Shown here: positions 8,788 through 16,672 of the stretch, piece after piece
Layout of the letters: each line of letters starts with the position of its first letter
Position numbering within the stretch: the stretch's first letter is position 1
NCBI RefSeq assembly: GCF_000011325.1
Contig: NC_003450.3
Span: 1,650,001 to 1,682,000, forward strand
Length of the DNA: 32,000 bases
Origin: Corynebacterium glutamicum ATCC 13032
Lineage (GTDB): Bacteria > Actinomycetota > Actinomycetes > Mycobacteriales > Mycobacteriaceae
Direction: 5' to 3'
Notes under the pieces: generated by a model
What the model was told of the DNA's origin: nothing
The model's database searches: none
The model's input: the letters and a program-made list of their open reading frames with translations, nothing else
Translations under genes and position numbers: made by a program

Positions 8788-11139
8788 ATGTCCGAACAAA
8801 GACTCGATCAGCTTGAGCGACGGCTTTCTGAACTGGAACGGGAGATCGCCGCGATTCGTCAGGAGATCCGCCAGGAACGCCTAGTGCTTCCGGAACCGGA
8901 ACCTGTGAAAGTTGATACAGTCATCGCCACCGAAGCGACCGGAGTCAATGCATCGTCGGGTCCGGAGGCGAAGATCGCTTTGTTCATGGAGAGGTTTAGT
9001 GGTCGCCACGATGTGTATGCGCGGCGCTGGACCAGCAGAAAAACGGGCAAAAGTGGATGGTCGCCGGCTACTCGCCAGGGTTTTTACTCAAAAGACACCA
9101 CACCGAAGGACTATCTCCCCTTCACCGTTGACACCGTCAATGCGCATCTGCGCCGGGGCGGCGACCATATCGGTCTCTATGTGATGGTCCCCATCGACAC
9201 GTGCAAACTTCTCGCCTGCGATTTCGACGATGGCACCTGGAAGCAAGATGCGGCCGCTTTCGTGTCAGCCTGCACCGACCACGGAATCGATGCGTTGGCT
9301 GAAATTTCTCGATCCGACGACGGCGCCCCCGTGTGGATATTTTTCGATACCCCAATCTCCGCGATGCTGGCTCGGCGCCTAGGTTTTGCCATGCTCCGCC
9401 AAGCCATGAACTCCCGCCCTGACATGGATATGTCTTCTTATGATCGCTTCTTCCCTGCTCAAGACACCATCGCAACGCGCGCAAACGGAAGCGCACGGCT
9501 GGGAAATTTGATCGCGCTGCCCCTCAACGGCGACTGTCGAGCCCGCAACACCGCCGTCTTCGCCGATTCGGAAACGTGGGTTCCCTTCGAAGATCCTTTC
9601 GCAGCGCTCGCGGCCATCACGCCACTAGCCACCGAAAAAATCGAGCAGATCCTTGCCACCACGCAGGAAAAATTTGGCCCCGAACCCGAACACATCAAAC
9701 GCCCCACCCGCGCCGAACTCAAACAGGTTAAAGCCAACGGCGAAACCATCAAACTCACCATCACCAACGAGCTGAGCGTCCCCACCGAAAGGTTACCCGC
9801 GGCCGTCATCGCGGAGATTAAACACCGGGCGGTAATCCCAAACCCTGAGTTTTATCGTCGACAAGCGCAAAGATTTTCGACCTTCGGCGTGCCGCGCATC
9901 GTCATCCGCTTCGCCCAGGCCGAGCAGCGCTTGCTGCTCCCACGCGGGCTTGTCGACGACACCCTCCGGATCCTCACCCTCGCCGGGTACAAAGTCAGCG
10001 TCATCTGGCCTCGGCAAACTCGGAAAACCATCGACGCGTCTTTCGAGGGCGAATTGCGATCCATGCAACAAGAGGGAATCGACTCGCTCAAAGGCCAACG
10101 CACCGGCGTATTGGTAGCACCGCCGGGCGCTGGAAAAACAGTGATGGCCTGTGCACTCATCGCGAACAGAAAAATCCCCACCGCAGTGATAGTCAACCGT
10201 GCAGAATTGATTTCCCAATGGCGGGATCGTCTCGCGCAATACCTGAGCATCGACGCAGACTCCATCGGACAGATCGGCGCGGGCCGACGCAAAACCACCG
10301 GAATTATCGATCTCATCACCGTCCAATCCTTGAGCCGTAAAGATTCCGATCCGAAAATTTTGGAACAATACGGCCAAATCATCGTCGACGAGTGCCACAA
10401 CATCGCAGCCCCAGGCGCCGAAGCCGCATTGAACCAGGTCAAGGCCCCCTACTGGCTGGGTCTAACCGCCACGCCGTTTCGTTCAGACCACATGGATGAA
10501 ATCATCACCATGCAGTGCGGTCCTGTGCGCCACCGCATGGAAGTGGCAACAGACAATGAACAGCGCTTGATTCACATCCACGAAACCTCTTTCGACTCTG
10601 AGGAAACCACCGAAATCCAGGATCTCTACAATGAGCTCGCGGTCGATTCTGCCCGAAATGCGCAAATCACTGCCGAAGTGCACAAAGCGCTTGAAGCTGG
10701 CGACCGATGTCTAGTTTTGGTCAACCGAATTGCAGCCCTTGAAGCACTGACCAGCAGTATTACCGAATCTGGCGATCACACTGTCTTAGTGATGCATGGC
10801 CGCCAAACCCAAGAGGAGCGAGTTCACCTTCGTGCGCAACTTGCCTCATTGAGTGAAAAGCAGGATCCGTTTGTACTGGTCGCGATGAATAAAGTCGCCG
10901 GCGAAGGCCTTGACATCCCCAGCCTCAACACGCTGTTTTTGGCAGCGCCGGTGTCCTTCAAGGGGCTGGTGATTCAGCAAATCGGCCGAGTTACTCGCGC
11001 AACCGGTGATCAAAACGCTCCTCCGGTGACTGCCACGGTCCATGATTTTGTTGATTCCAAGATTCCGACACTCAAACGCATGCACGGTCGCCGATTGCGG
11101 GCTATGCAAAAGGAAGGATTCGCTGTTTCGGAGCCTTGA
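8788..11139 (+). CDS. Fusion protein: N-terminal coiled coil, archaeo-eukaryotic primase (AEP/PrimPol-like) domain and SF2 (DEAD/DEAH, DECH-box) helicase
   Basis: The coiled coil is LDQLERRLSELEREIAAIRQEIRQE. AEP-family blocks are ALFMERFSGRHDVYARRW..GKSGWSPA, LLACDFDD, SRSDDGAPVWIFF, SYDRFFPAQD and GNLIALPL. The linker carries NPEFYRRQAQRFSTFGVPR..LLLPRG. Helicase motifs are Walker A PPGAGKT (aa 445-451), DECH (aa 534-537), LTATPFR, GEGLDIP and QQIGRVTR. A TAGACT -10-like hexamer ends 8 nt before the ATG and there is no RBS, so the mRNA may be leaderless. Confidence 0.75.
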   Translation: MSEQRLDQLERRLSELEREIAAIRQEIRQERLVLPEPEPVKVDTVIATEATGVNASSGPEAKIALFMERFSGRHDVYARRWTSRKTGKSGWSPATRQGFYSKDTTPKDYLPFTVDTVNAHLRRGGDHIGLYVMVPIDTCKLLACDFDDGTWKQDAAAFVSACTDHGIDALAEISRSDDGAPVWIFFDTPISAMLARRLGFAMLRQAMNSRPDMDMSSYDRFFPAQDTIATRANGSARLGNLIALPLNGDCRARNTAVFADSETWVPFEDPFAALAAITPLATEKIEQILATTQEKFGPEPEHIKRPTRAELKQVKANGETIKLTITNELSVPTERLPAAVIAEIKHRAVIPNPEFYRRQAQRFSTFGVPRIVIRFAQAEQRLLLPRGLVDDTLRILTLAGYKVSVIWPRQTRKTIDASFEGELRSMQQEGIDSLKGQRTGVLVAPPGAGKTVMACALIANRKIPTAVIVNRAELISQWRDRLAQYLSIDADSIGQIGAGRRKTTGIIDLITVQSLSRKDSDPKILEQYGQIIVDECHNIAAPGAEAALNQVKAPYWLGLTATPFRSDHMDEIITMQCGPVRHRMEVATDNEQRLIHIHETSFDSEETTEIQDLYNELAVDSARNAQITAEVHKALEAGDRCLVLVNRIAALEALTSSITESGDHTVLVMHGRQTQEERVHLRAQLASLSEKQDPFVLVAMNKVAGEGLDIPSLNTLFLAAPVSFKGLVIQQIGRVTRATGDQNAPPVTATVHDFVDSKIPTLKRMHGRRLRAMQKEGFAVSEP

Positions 11140-11149
11140 GGAGGACCAG

Positions 11150-11207
11150 ACCAAACCAGCGTGCCCACGGTTGGCCATTTCAGGATCCGTGGGCACGCTG
11201 GTTTGGT
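11150..11207. repeat. Perfect 21-bp inverted repeat (hairpin, 16-nt loop) 11 nt after the helicase stop
   Basis: ACCAAACCAGCGTGCCCACGG (11150-11170) is the exact reverse complement of CCGTGGGCACGCTGGTTTGGT (11187-11207). The sequence that follows is TTTATC, which is only a weak T-tract. Confidence 0.9.
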
Positions 11208-11233
11208 TTATCAACCTCGAAACCGGTCACAGC

Positions 11234-11281
11234 TGCCCACGAAACTCGATTTCGCGATCCGTGGGCACTCTCGTTTGGTTT
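11234..11281. repeat. Degenerate second copy of the hairpin unit
   Basis: GATCCGTGGGCACTCTCGTTTGGTTT (11256-11281) matches 11184-11209 at 24 of 26 positions. It pairs with TGCCCACG (11234-11241) to give an 8-bp stem. Confidence 0.8.
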
Positions 11282-11568
11282 CCTCGGAAAGCTACCCTCG
11301 GACGGTCAGAAAATGCCCTCTCAGAATCGCGTTTAAGAGCCTCCCACCCACTAGCCCACACCAATTACTCATTCTGCGATCCCAACCGCTTAAACGGCCG
11401 TGTAATGGCTTTCCCGCAATCTAGCCGAATTCGACCAAACTAGGTGACCGAAAACCTCCAGCCGAAAACCTCAATGGCAAGCCCAAACTGGTCACCTGGT
11501 TTGGTCTGCACTCTGACTCCCCTCAAAAGGGCACAATTTGGTCAATTTCCCAACCTTGTCTTTCAGTC

Positions 11569-12555
11569 ATGGTTAGTGTGGGAACCATGAAGGCAATCTT
11601 AGTTTCCCGCACCGGCGGACCAGAGGTGTTGGAGTTCACCGACACTGACGCCCCAAAGCCCACTGATGATCAGGTTTTAGTTGAAGTTGATATGGCTGGC
11701 GTCAACTTTATTGATACTTACTATCGCCAGGGTGAATATCACGCTCGCCTGCCGTTTATCCCAGGTTTTGAAGGCACTGGTCGGGTGTTGGAGGATCCGC
11801 AGGGGTTGATTGCGGCGGGTACCAAGGTGGCGTGGTGTGATGCCATGGGTTCGTATGCTCAGCAGGTGTGTGTGCCGCGGGATCGCTTGGTGGCGGTTCC
11901 CGAGGGCGTGAGTTCGGAAGTGGCTGCGTCGATGTTGATGCAGGGAATCACTGCGCATTATCTAACCAATGGTGTGTATGAGCTTGAAGAGGGCGATTCT
12001 TGCCTCATCACTGCTGGCGCGGGTGGTGTTGGATTGTTGGCTACGCAGATGGCGGCGGCCAAGGGAGTGCGCGTGTACAGCGTGGTGTCCACGGATGAAA
12101 AAGCTGAGCTTGCTTTGGATGCCGGTGCTTATGAGGTGTTTCGTTATTCCGATAATTTGGCGGAGCAGGTTCGTCGGCACAACGGGGGTCGCGGAGTTGA
12201 TGTGGTGTATGACGGTGTCGGCCAGTCCACGTTCAATGAGTCCTTAGAGGCTGTTCGTCCGCGCGGCACTGTGTGTTTGTTTGGTGCGGCGTCGGGTCCT
12301 GTGGAGCCTTTTGATCCGCAGCTGTTGAACACTCACGGTTCGATCTTCTTGACCCGCCCAAGCATTGGCGCGTGGACGTCTGAGGAGGGCGAATTTGCCA
12401 AGCGTGCACAGGCGGTCACGCAGGCCATCGTCGAAGGCACCTTGCGGGTTCGCGTTACTGGCACATATTCGCTTGCCGACGCCTACATCGCCCACCGCGA
12501 CCTTCAGGCGCGTAGCACGAGCGGTTCTTTGGTCTTGGAAATCCCGAAGGACTAA
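11569..12555 (+). CDS. qor: NADPH:quinone oxidoreductase (zeta-crystallin-like, MDR superfamily)
   Basis: 328-aa ORF with an MDR fold, the cofactor motif ITAGAGGVGLLA, and no zinc-ligand cysteine cluster. The alternative start at ATG 11587 (MKAILVSR...) is at least as likely. Confidence 0.8.
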   Translation: MVSVGTMKAILVSRTGGPEVLEFTDTDAPKPTDDQVLVEVDMAGVNFIDTYYRQGEYHARLPFIPGFEGTGRVLEDPQGLIAAGTKVAWCDAMGSYAQQVCVPRDRLVAVPEGVSSEVAASMLMQGITAHYLTNGVYELEEGDSCLITAGAGGVGLLATQMAAAKGVRVYSVVSTDEKAELALDAGAYEVFRYSDNLAEQVRRHNGGRGVDVVYDGVGQSTFNESLEAVRPRGTVCLFGAASGPVEPFDPQLLNTHGSIFLTRPSIGAWTSEEGEFAKRAQAVTQAIVEGTLRVRVTGTYSLADAYIAHRDLQARSTSGSLVLEIPKD

Positions 12556-12564
12556 ACACGCATA

Positions 12565-12609
12565 AAAAGATCCTGGTTAGCCTCGCGGTGAGGTTAGCCA
12601 GGATCTTTT
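12565..12609. terminator. Bidirectional rho-independent terminator between convergent qor and ctaB
   Basis: AAAAGATCCTGGTTAGCCTC pairs with GAGGTTAGCCAGGATCTTTT, a stem of about 20 bp with two G-U pairs. An A-run on the left and a T-run on the right make it usable on both strands. Confidence 0.8.
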
Positions 12610-12626
12610 CGTCGAAAAGCAAGCTT

Positions 12627-13598
12627 TTAGAAGAAGGTGGTGGTCCAGCCGAGCATCTCGCCGATGGTCTCAAGGCCGAGGACCGCGTCGACGGACAATG
12701 CCACGAAGAGGACTGCCAAGTAGTTGTTGGACAAAATAAACAGCTTCAGAGGCTTGACCTTGCCACCGTTTTTGATGCCGAGGTGCAGCTTGATGGCCAT
12801 GAACAAGAAGGTGACGCCGGAAATGACGGCGATCGCTGCGTAGATCCAACCAGTTGCTGGGATGAGCAAGAAGGTGGTCAGCACAGTTGCCACGGAGTAC
12901 CACACGATTTGTGCGGTGACCTGGACTGGGGTGCGCACGACAGGAAGCATTGGGACGCCAGCCGCCTTGTAGTCTTCGCGGTACTTCATGGCCAGAGCCC
13001 AGGTGTGAGGTGGGGTCCAGAAGAAAATCACCATGAACAGGACAATTGCCTGCCACCACTGCTGTGGAACGCCTGGCTCAAACTGATCAACGATCACTGC
13101 CCAGCCGACGAGCACTGGCATACAACCTGCGGCTCCGCCCCACACGATATTCATGTGCGTGCGGCGCTTCAGCCACTTGGTGTAGACAAAAATGTAGAAG
13201 AAAATCGTGATCAACACGAAGATGCCGGCGAGCATCGAATCGCACAGCAGCCACAGCCACAAGAAGCTGGCCACTGTCAGGACCCACGCAAAAATGGAGG
13301 CGTCGCGATTACTCACGGTGTGGCGCACCAAAGGGCGAGCCCTAGTGCGTCCCATGCGCTGATCAATATCGGAGTCTGCCACCATGTTGAAGGTGTTGGC
13401 GGCGGCCGCACCCATCCAGCCACCGAACACAGTCAGCAAGATGAGCACAATGTTGTTCTCACCGCGTTCAGCCTGAAGCATTGTGGGGATTGTGGCGACA
13501 AGGAGGAGTTCAATAACCCTGGGCTTCGTTAGCGCAATATAGGCCTTGATCGTGTCCAAGGGTTCTCCTCCAGAACGTTGCATTTTCAAATCACTCAT
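12627..13598 (-). CDS. ctaB: Protoheme IX farnesyltransferase (heme O synthase)
   Basis: 323-aa polytopic UbiA-family prenyltransferase with [12 protein letters not shown] (NxxxDxxxD) and a conserved YTKWLKR block. The start could instead be the second ATG at 13583. Confidence 0.9.
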   Translation of the reverse strand: MSDLKMQRSGGEPLDTIKAYIALTKPRVIELLLVATIPTMLQAERGENNIVLILLTVFGGWMGAAAANTFNMVADSDIDQRMGRTRARPLVRHTVSNRDASIFAWVLTVASFLWLWLLCDSMLAGIFVLITIFFYIFVYTKWLKRRTHMNIVWGGAAGCMPVLVGWAVIVDQFEPGVPQQWWQAIVLFMVIFFWTPPHTWALAMKYREDYKAAGVPMLPVVRTPVQVTAQIVWYSVATVLTTFLLIPATGWIYAAIAVISGVTFLFMAIKLHLGIKNGGKVKPLKLFILSNNYLAVLFVALSVDAVLGLETIGEMLGWTTTFF

Positions 13599-14402
13599 AT
13601 ATTTAAGTTGTGAGTCCTTATTATTTAAATATCCCTGCGGTGAGTGTGCACCTTGCGTTGAAGGCCCAGACTCTGACAGAAGCGTCAGAGTGTTTACTCA
13701 AGACATTTTCTAAGACACACGGCAAATTAGTCGGATGAAGTTAATTAAAAGTTCCCGAATCAATCTTTTTAATGTTTTCAAACCATTTGAAGGTGTGCTG
13801 ACCCAGGTGGACGCCAACCTTTAAAAAGCTTCAGACTTTTATTTCCACTTCATAAAAACTGCCTGTGACGATTCCGTTAAAGATTGTGCCAAATCACTGC
13901 GCAAAACTCGCGCGGAACCAGACCTTGCCATGCTATCGCCTATTCACACTATTTGAGTAATCGGAAATAGATGGGTGTAGACGCTTGATTGGCGGACGGT
14001 TCACAGCGGACGATTTCAGGCCCTCGTAGCTCGAGAGTTTGAAGGGGTCCGATTCGTTCCGTTCGTGACGCTTTGTGAGGTTTTTTGACGTTGCACCGTA
14101 TTGCTTGCCGAACATTTTTCTTTTCCTTTCGGTTTTTCGAGAATTTTCACCTACAAAAGCCCACGTCACAGCTCCCAGACTTAAGATTGATCACACCTTT
14201 GACACATTTGAACCACAGTTGGTTATAAAATGGGTTCAACATCACTATGGTTAGAGGTGTTGACGGGTCAGATTAAGCAAAGACTACTTTCGGGGTAGAT
14301 CACCTTTGCCAAATTTGAACCAATTAACCTAAGTCGTAGATCTGATCATCGGATCTAACGAAAACGAACCAAAACTTTGGTCCCGGTTTAACCCAGGAAG
14401 GA

Positions 14403-16505
14403 TTGACCACCTTGACGCTGTCACCTGAACTTCAGGCGCTCACTGTACGCAATTACCCCTCTGATTGGTCCGATGTGGACACCAAGGCTGTAGACACTGT
14501 TCGTGTCCTCGCTGCAGACGCTGTAGAAAACTGTGGCTCCGGCCACCCAGGCACCGCAATGAGCCTGGCTCCCCTTGCATACACCTTGTACCAGCGGGTT
14601 ATGAACGTAGATCCACAGGACACCAACTGGGCAGGCCGTGACCGCTTCGTTCTTTCTTGTGGCCACTCCTCTTTGACCCAGTACATCCAGCTTTACTTGG
14701 GTGGATTCGGCCTTGAGATGGATGACCTGAAGGCTCTGCGCACCTGGGATTCCTTGACCCCAGGACACCCTGAGTACCGCCACACCAAGGGCGTTGAGAT
14801 CACCACTGGCCCTCTTGGCCAGGGTCTTGCATCTGCAGTTGGTATGGCCATGGCTGCTCGTCGTGAGCGTGGCCTATTCGACCCAACCGCTGCTGAGGGC
14901 GAATCCCCATTCGACCACCACATCTACGTCATTGCTTCTGATGGTGACCTGCAGGAAGGTGTCACCTCTGAGGCATCCTCCATCGCTGGCACCCAGCAGC
15001 TGGGCAACCTCATCGTGTTCTGGGATGACAACCGCATCTCCATCGAAGACAACACTGAGATCGCTTTCAACGAGGACGTTGTTGCTCGTTACAAGGCTTA
15101 CGGCTGGCAGACCATTGAGGTTGAGGCTGGCGAGGACGTTGCAGCAATCGAAGCTGCAGTGGCTGAGGCTAAGAAGGACACCAAGCGACCTACCTTCATC
15201 CGCGTTCGCACCATCATCGGCTTCCCAGCTCCAACTATGATGAACACCGGTGCTGTGCACGGTGCTGCTCTTGGCGCAGCTGAGGTTGCAGCAACCAAGA
15301 CTGAGCTTGGATTCGATCCTGAGGCTCACTTCGCGATCGACGATGAGGTTATCGCTCACACCCGCTCCCTCGCAGAGCGCGCTGCACAGAAGAAGGCTGC
15401 ATGGCAGGTCAAGTTCGATGAGTGGGCAGCTGCCAACCCTGAGAACAAGGCTCTGTTCGATCGCCTGAACTCCCGTGAGCTTCCAGCGGGCTACGCTGAC
15501 GAGCTCCCAACATGGGATGCAGATGAGAAGGGCGTCGCAACTCGTAAGGCTTCCGAGGCTGCACTTCAGGCACTGGGCAAGACCCTTCCTGAGCTGTGGG
15601 GCGGTTCCGCTGACCTCGCAGGTTCCAACAACACCGTGATCAAGGGCTCCCCTTCCTTCGGCCCTGAGTCCATCTCCACCGAGACCTGGTCTGCTGAGCC
15701 TTACGGCCGTAACCTGCACTTCGGTATCCGTGAGCACGCTATGGGATCCATCCTCAACGGCATTTCCCTCCACGGTGGCACCCGCCCATACGGCGGAACC
15801 TTCCTCATCTTCTCCGACTACATGCGTCCTGCAGTTCGTCTTGCAGCTCTCATGGAGACCGACGCTTACTACGTCTGGACCCACGACTCCATCGGTCTGG
15901 GCGAAGATGGCCCAACCCACCAGCCTGTTGAAACCTTGGCTGCACTGCGCGCCATCCCAGGTCTGTCCGTCCTGCGTCCTGCAGATGCGAACGAGACCGC
16001 CCAGGCTTGGGCTGCAGCACTTGAGTACAAGGAAGGCCCTAAGGGTCTTGCACTGACCCGCCAGAACGTTCCTGTTCTGGAAGGCACCAAGGAGAAGGCT
16101 GCTGAAGGCGTTCGCCGCGGTGGCTACGTCCTGGTTGAGGGTTCCAAGGAAACCCCAGATGTGATCCTCATGGGCTCCGGCTCCGAGGTTCAGCTTGCAG
16201 TTAACGCTGCGAAGGCTCTGGAAGCTGAGGGCGTTGCAGCTCGCGTTGTTTCCGTTCCTTGCATGGATTGGTTCCAGGAGCAGGACGCAGAGTACATCGA
16301 GTCCGTTCTGCCTGCAGCTGTGACCGCTCGTGTGTCTGTTGAAGCTGGCATCGCAATGCCTTGGTACCGCTTCTTGGGCACCCAGGGCCGTGCTGTCTCC
16401 CTTGAGCACTTCGGTGCTTCTGCGGATTACCAGACCCTGTTTGAGAAGTTCGGCATCACCACCGATGCAGTCGTGGCAGCGGCCAAGGACTCCATTAACG
16501 GTTAA
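14403..16505 (+). CDS. tkt: Transketolase
   Basis: 700-aa ORF with thiamine-diphosphate motifs (GSGHPGTAMS, ASDGDLQEGV). TTG start directly after the AGGAAGGA RBS. Confidence 0.97.
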   Translation: MTTLTLSPELQALTVRNYPSDWSDVDTKAVDTVRVLAADAVENCGSGHPGTAMSLAPLAYTLYQRVMNVDPQDTNWAGRDRFVLSCGHSSLTQYIQLYLGGFGLEMDDLKALRTWDSLTPGHPEYRHTKGVEITTGPLGQGLASAVGMAMAARRERGLFDPTAAEGESPFDHHIYVIASDGDLQEGVTSEASSIAGTQQLGNLIVFWDDNRISIEDNTEIAFNEDVVARYKAYGWQTIEVEAGEDVAAIEAAVAEAKKDTKRPTFIRVRTIIGFPAPTMMNTGAVHGAALGAAEVAATKTELGFDPEAHFAIDDEVIAHTRSLAERAAQKKAAWQVKFDEWAAANPENKALFDRLNSRELPAGYADELPTWDADEKGVATRKASEAALQALGKTLPELWGGSADLAGSNNTVIKGSPSFGPESISTETWSAEPYGRNLHFGIREHAMGSILNGISLHGGTRPYGGTFLIFSDYMRPAVRLAALMETDAYYVWTHDSIGLGEDGPTHQPVETLAALRAIPGLSVLRPADANETAQAWAAALEYKEGPKGLALTRQNVPVLEGTKEKAAEGVRRGGYVLVEGSKETPDVILMGSGSEVQLAVNAAKALEAEGVAARVVSVPCMDWFQEQDAEYIESVLPAAVTARVSVEAGIAMPWYRFLGTQGRAVSLEHFGASADYQTLFEKFGITTDAVVAAAKDSING

Positions 16506-16526
16506 TTGCCCTGCTGTTTTTAGCTT

Positions 16527-16572
16527 CAACCCGGGGCAATATGATTCTCCGGAATTTTATTGCCCCGGGTTG
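16527..16572 (+). terminator. Perfect 15-bp stem-loop between tkt and tal (possible attenuator or processing/stability element)
   Basis: CAACCCGGGGCAATA (16527-16541) is the exact reverse complement of TATTGCCCCGGGTTG (16558-16572), with a 16-nt loop. It is followed by TTGTTGTT rather than a clean U-run. Confidence 0.45.
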
Positions 16573-16672
16573 TTGTTGTTAATCGGTACAAAGGGTCTTA
16601 AGCACATCCCTTACTTGCCTGCTCTCCTTGAGCACAGTTCAAGAACAATTCTTTTAAGGAAAATTTAGTTTC

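Noticed and set aside
11042-11443. Overlapping 133-, 66- and 87-aa ORFs in three plus-strand frames after and over the helicase 3' end.
   Set aside because: They overlap one another and are built from the hairpin repeats. None has an RBS, and their composition is arbitrary. They are better explained as non-coding repeat sequence.
13885-13898. GlxR/CRP-like half-sites TGTGCCAAATCACT upstream of ctaB and tkt.
   Set aside because: The element spans 14 bp, whereas the GlxR consensus TGTGA-N6-TCACA spans 16 bp. The outer bases also do not match.
14874-16529. 551-aa ORF antisense to tkt. Similar long antisense ORFs lie at 1724-2620 (sufB), 9793-10442 (helicase), 12588-13532 (ctaB), 16598-17764 (tal), 18013-18663 (zwf), 19968-20336 (opcA), 25664-26290 (amt) and 29148-30131 (ppc).
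   Set aside because: Each lies fully inside a gene with an unmistakable conserved product on the other strand. Their translations are low-complexity (rich in R/G/S/C/H/V) with no recognisable motifs. Stop-free antisense frames are expected for GC-rich, codon-biased genes.
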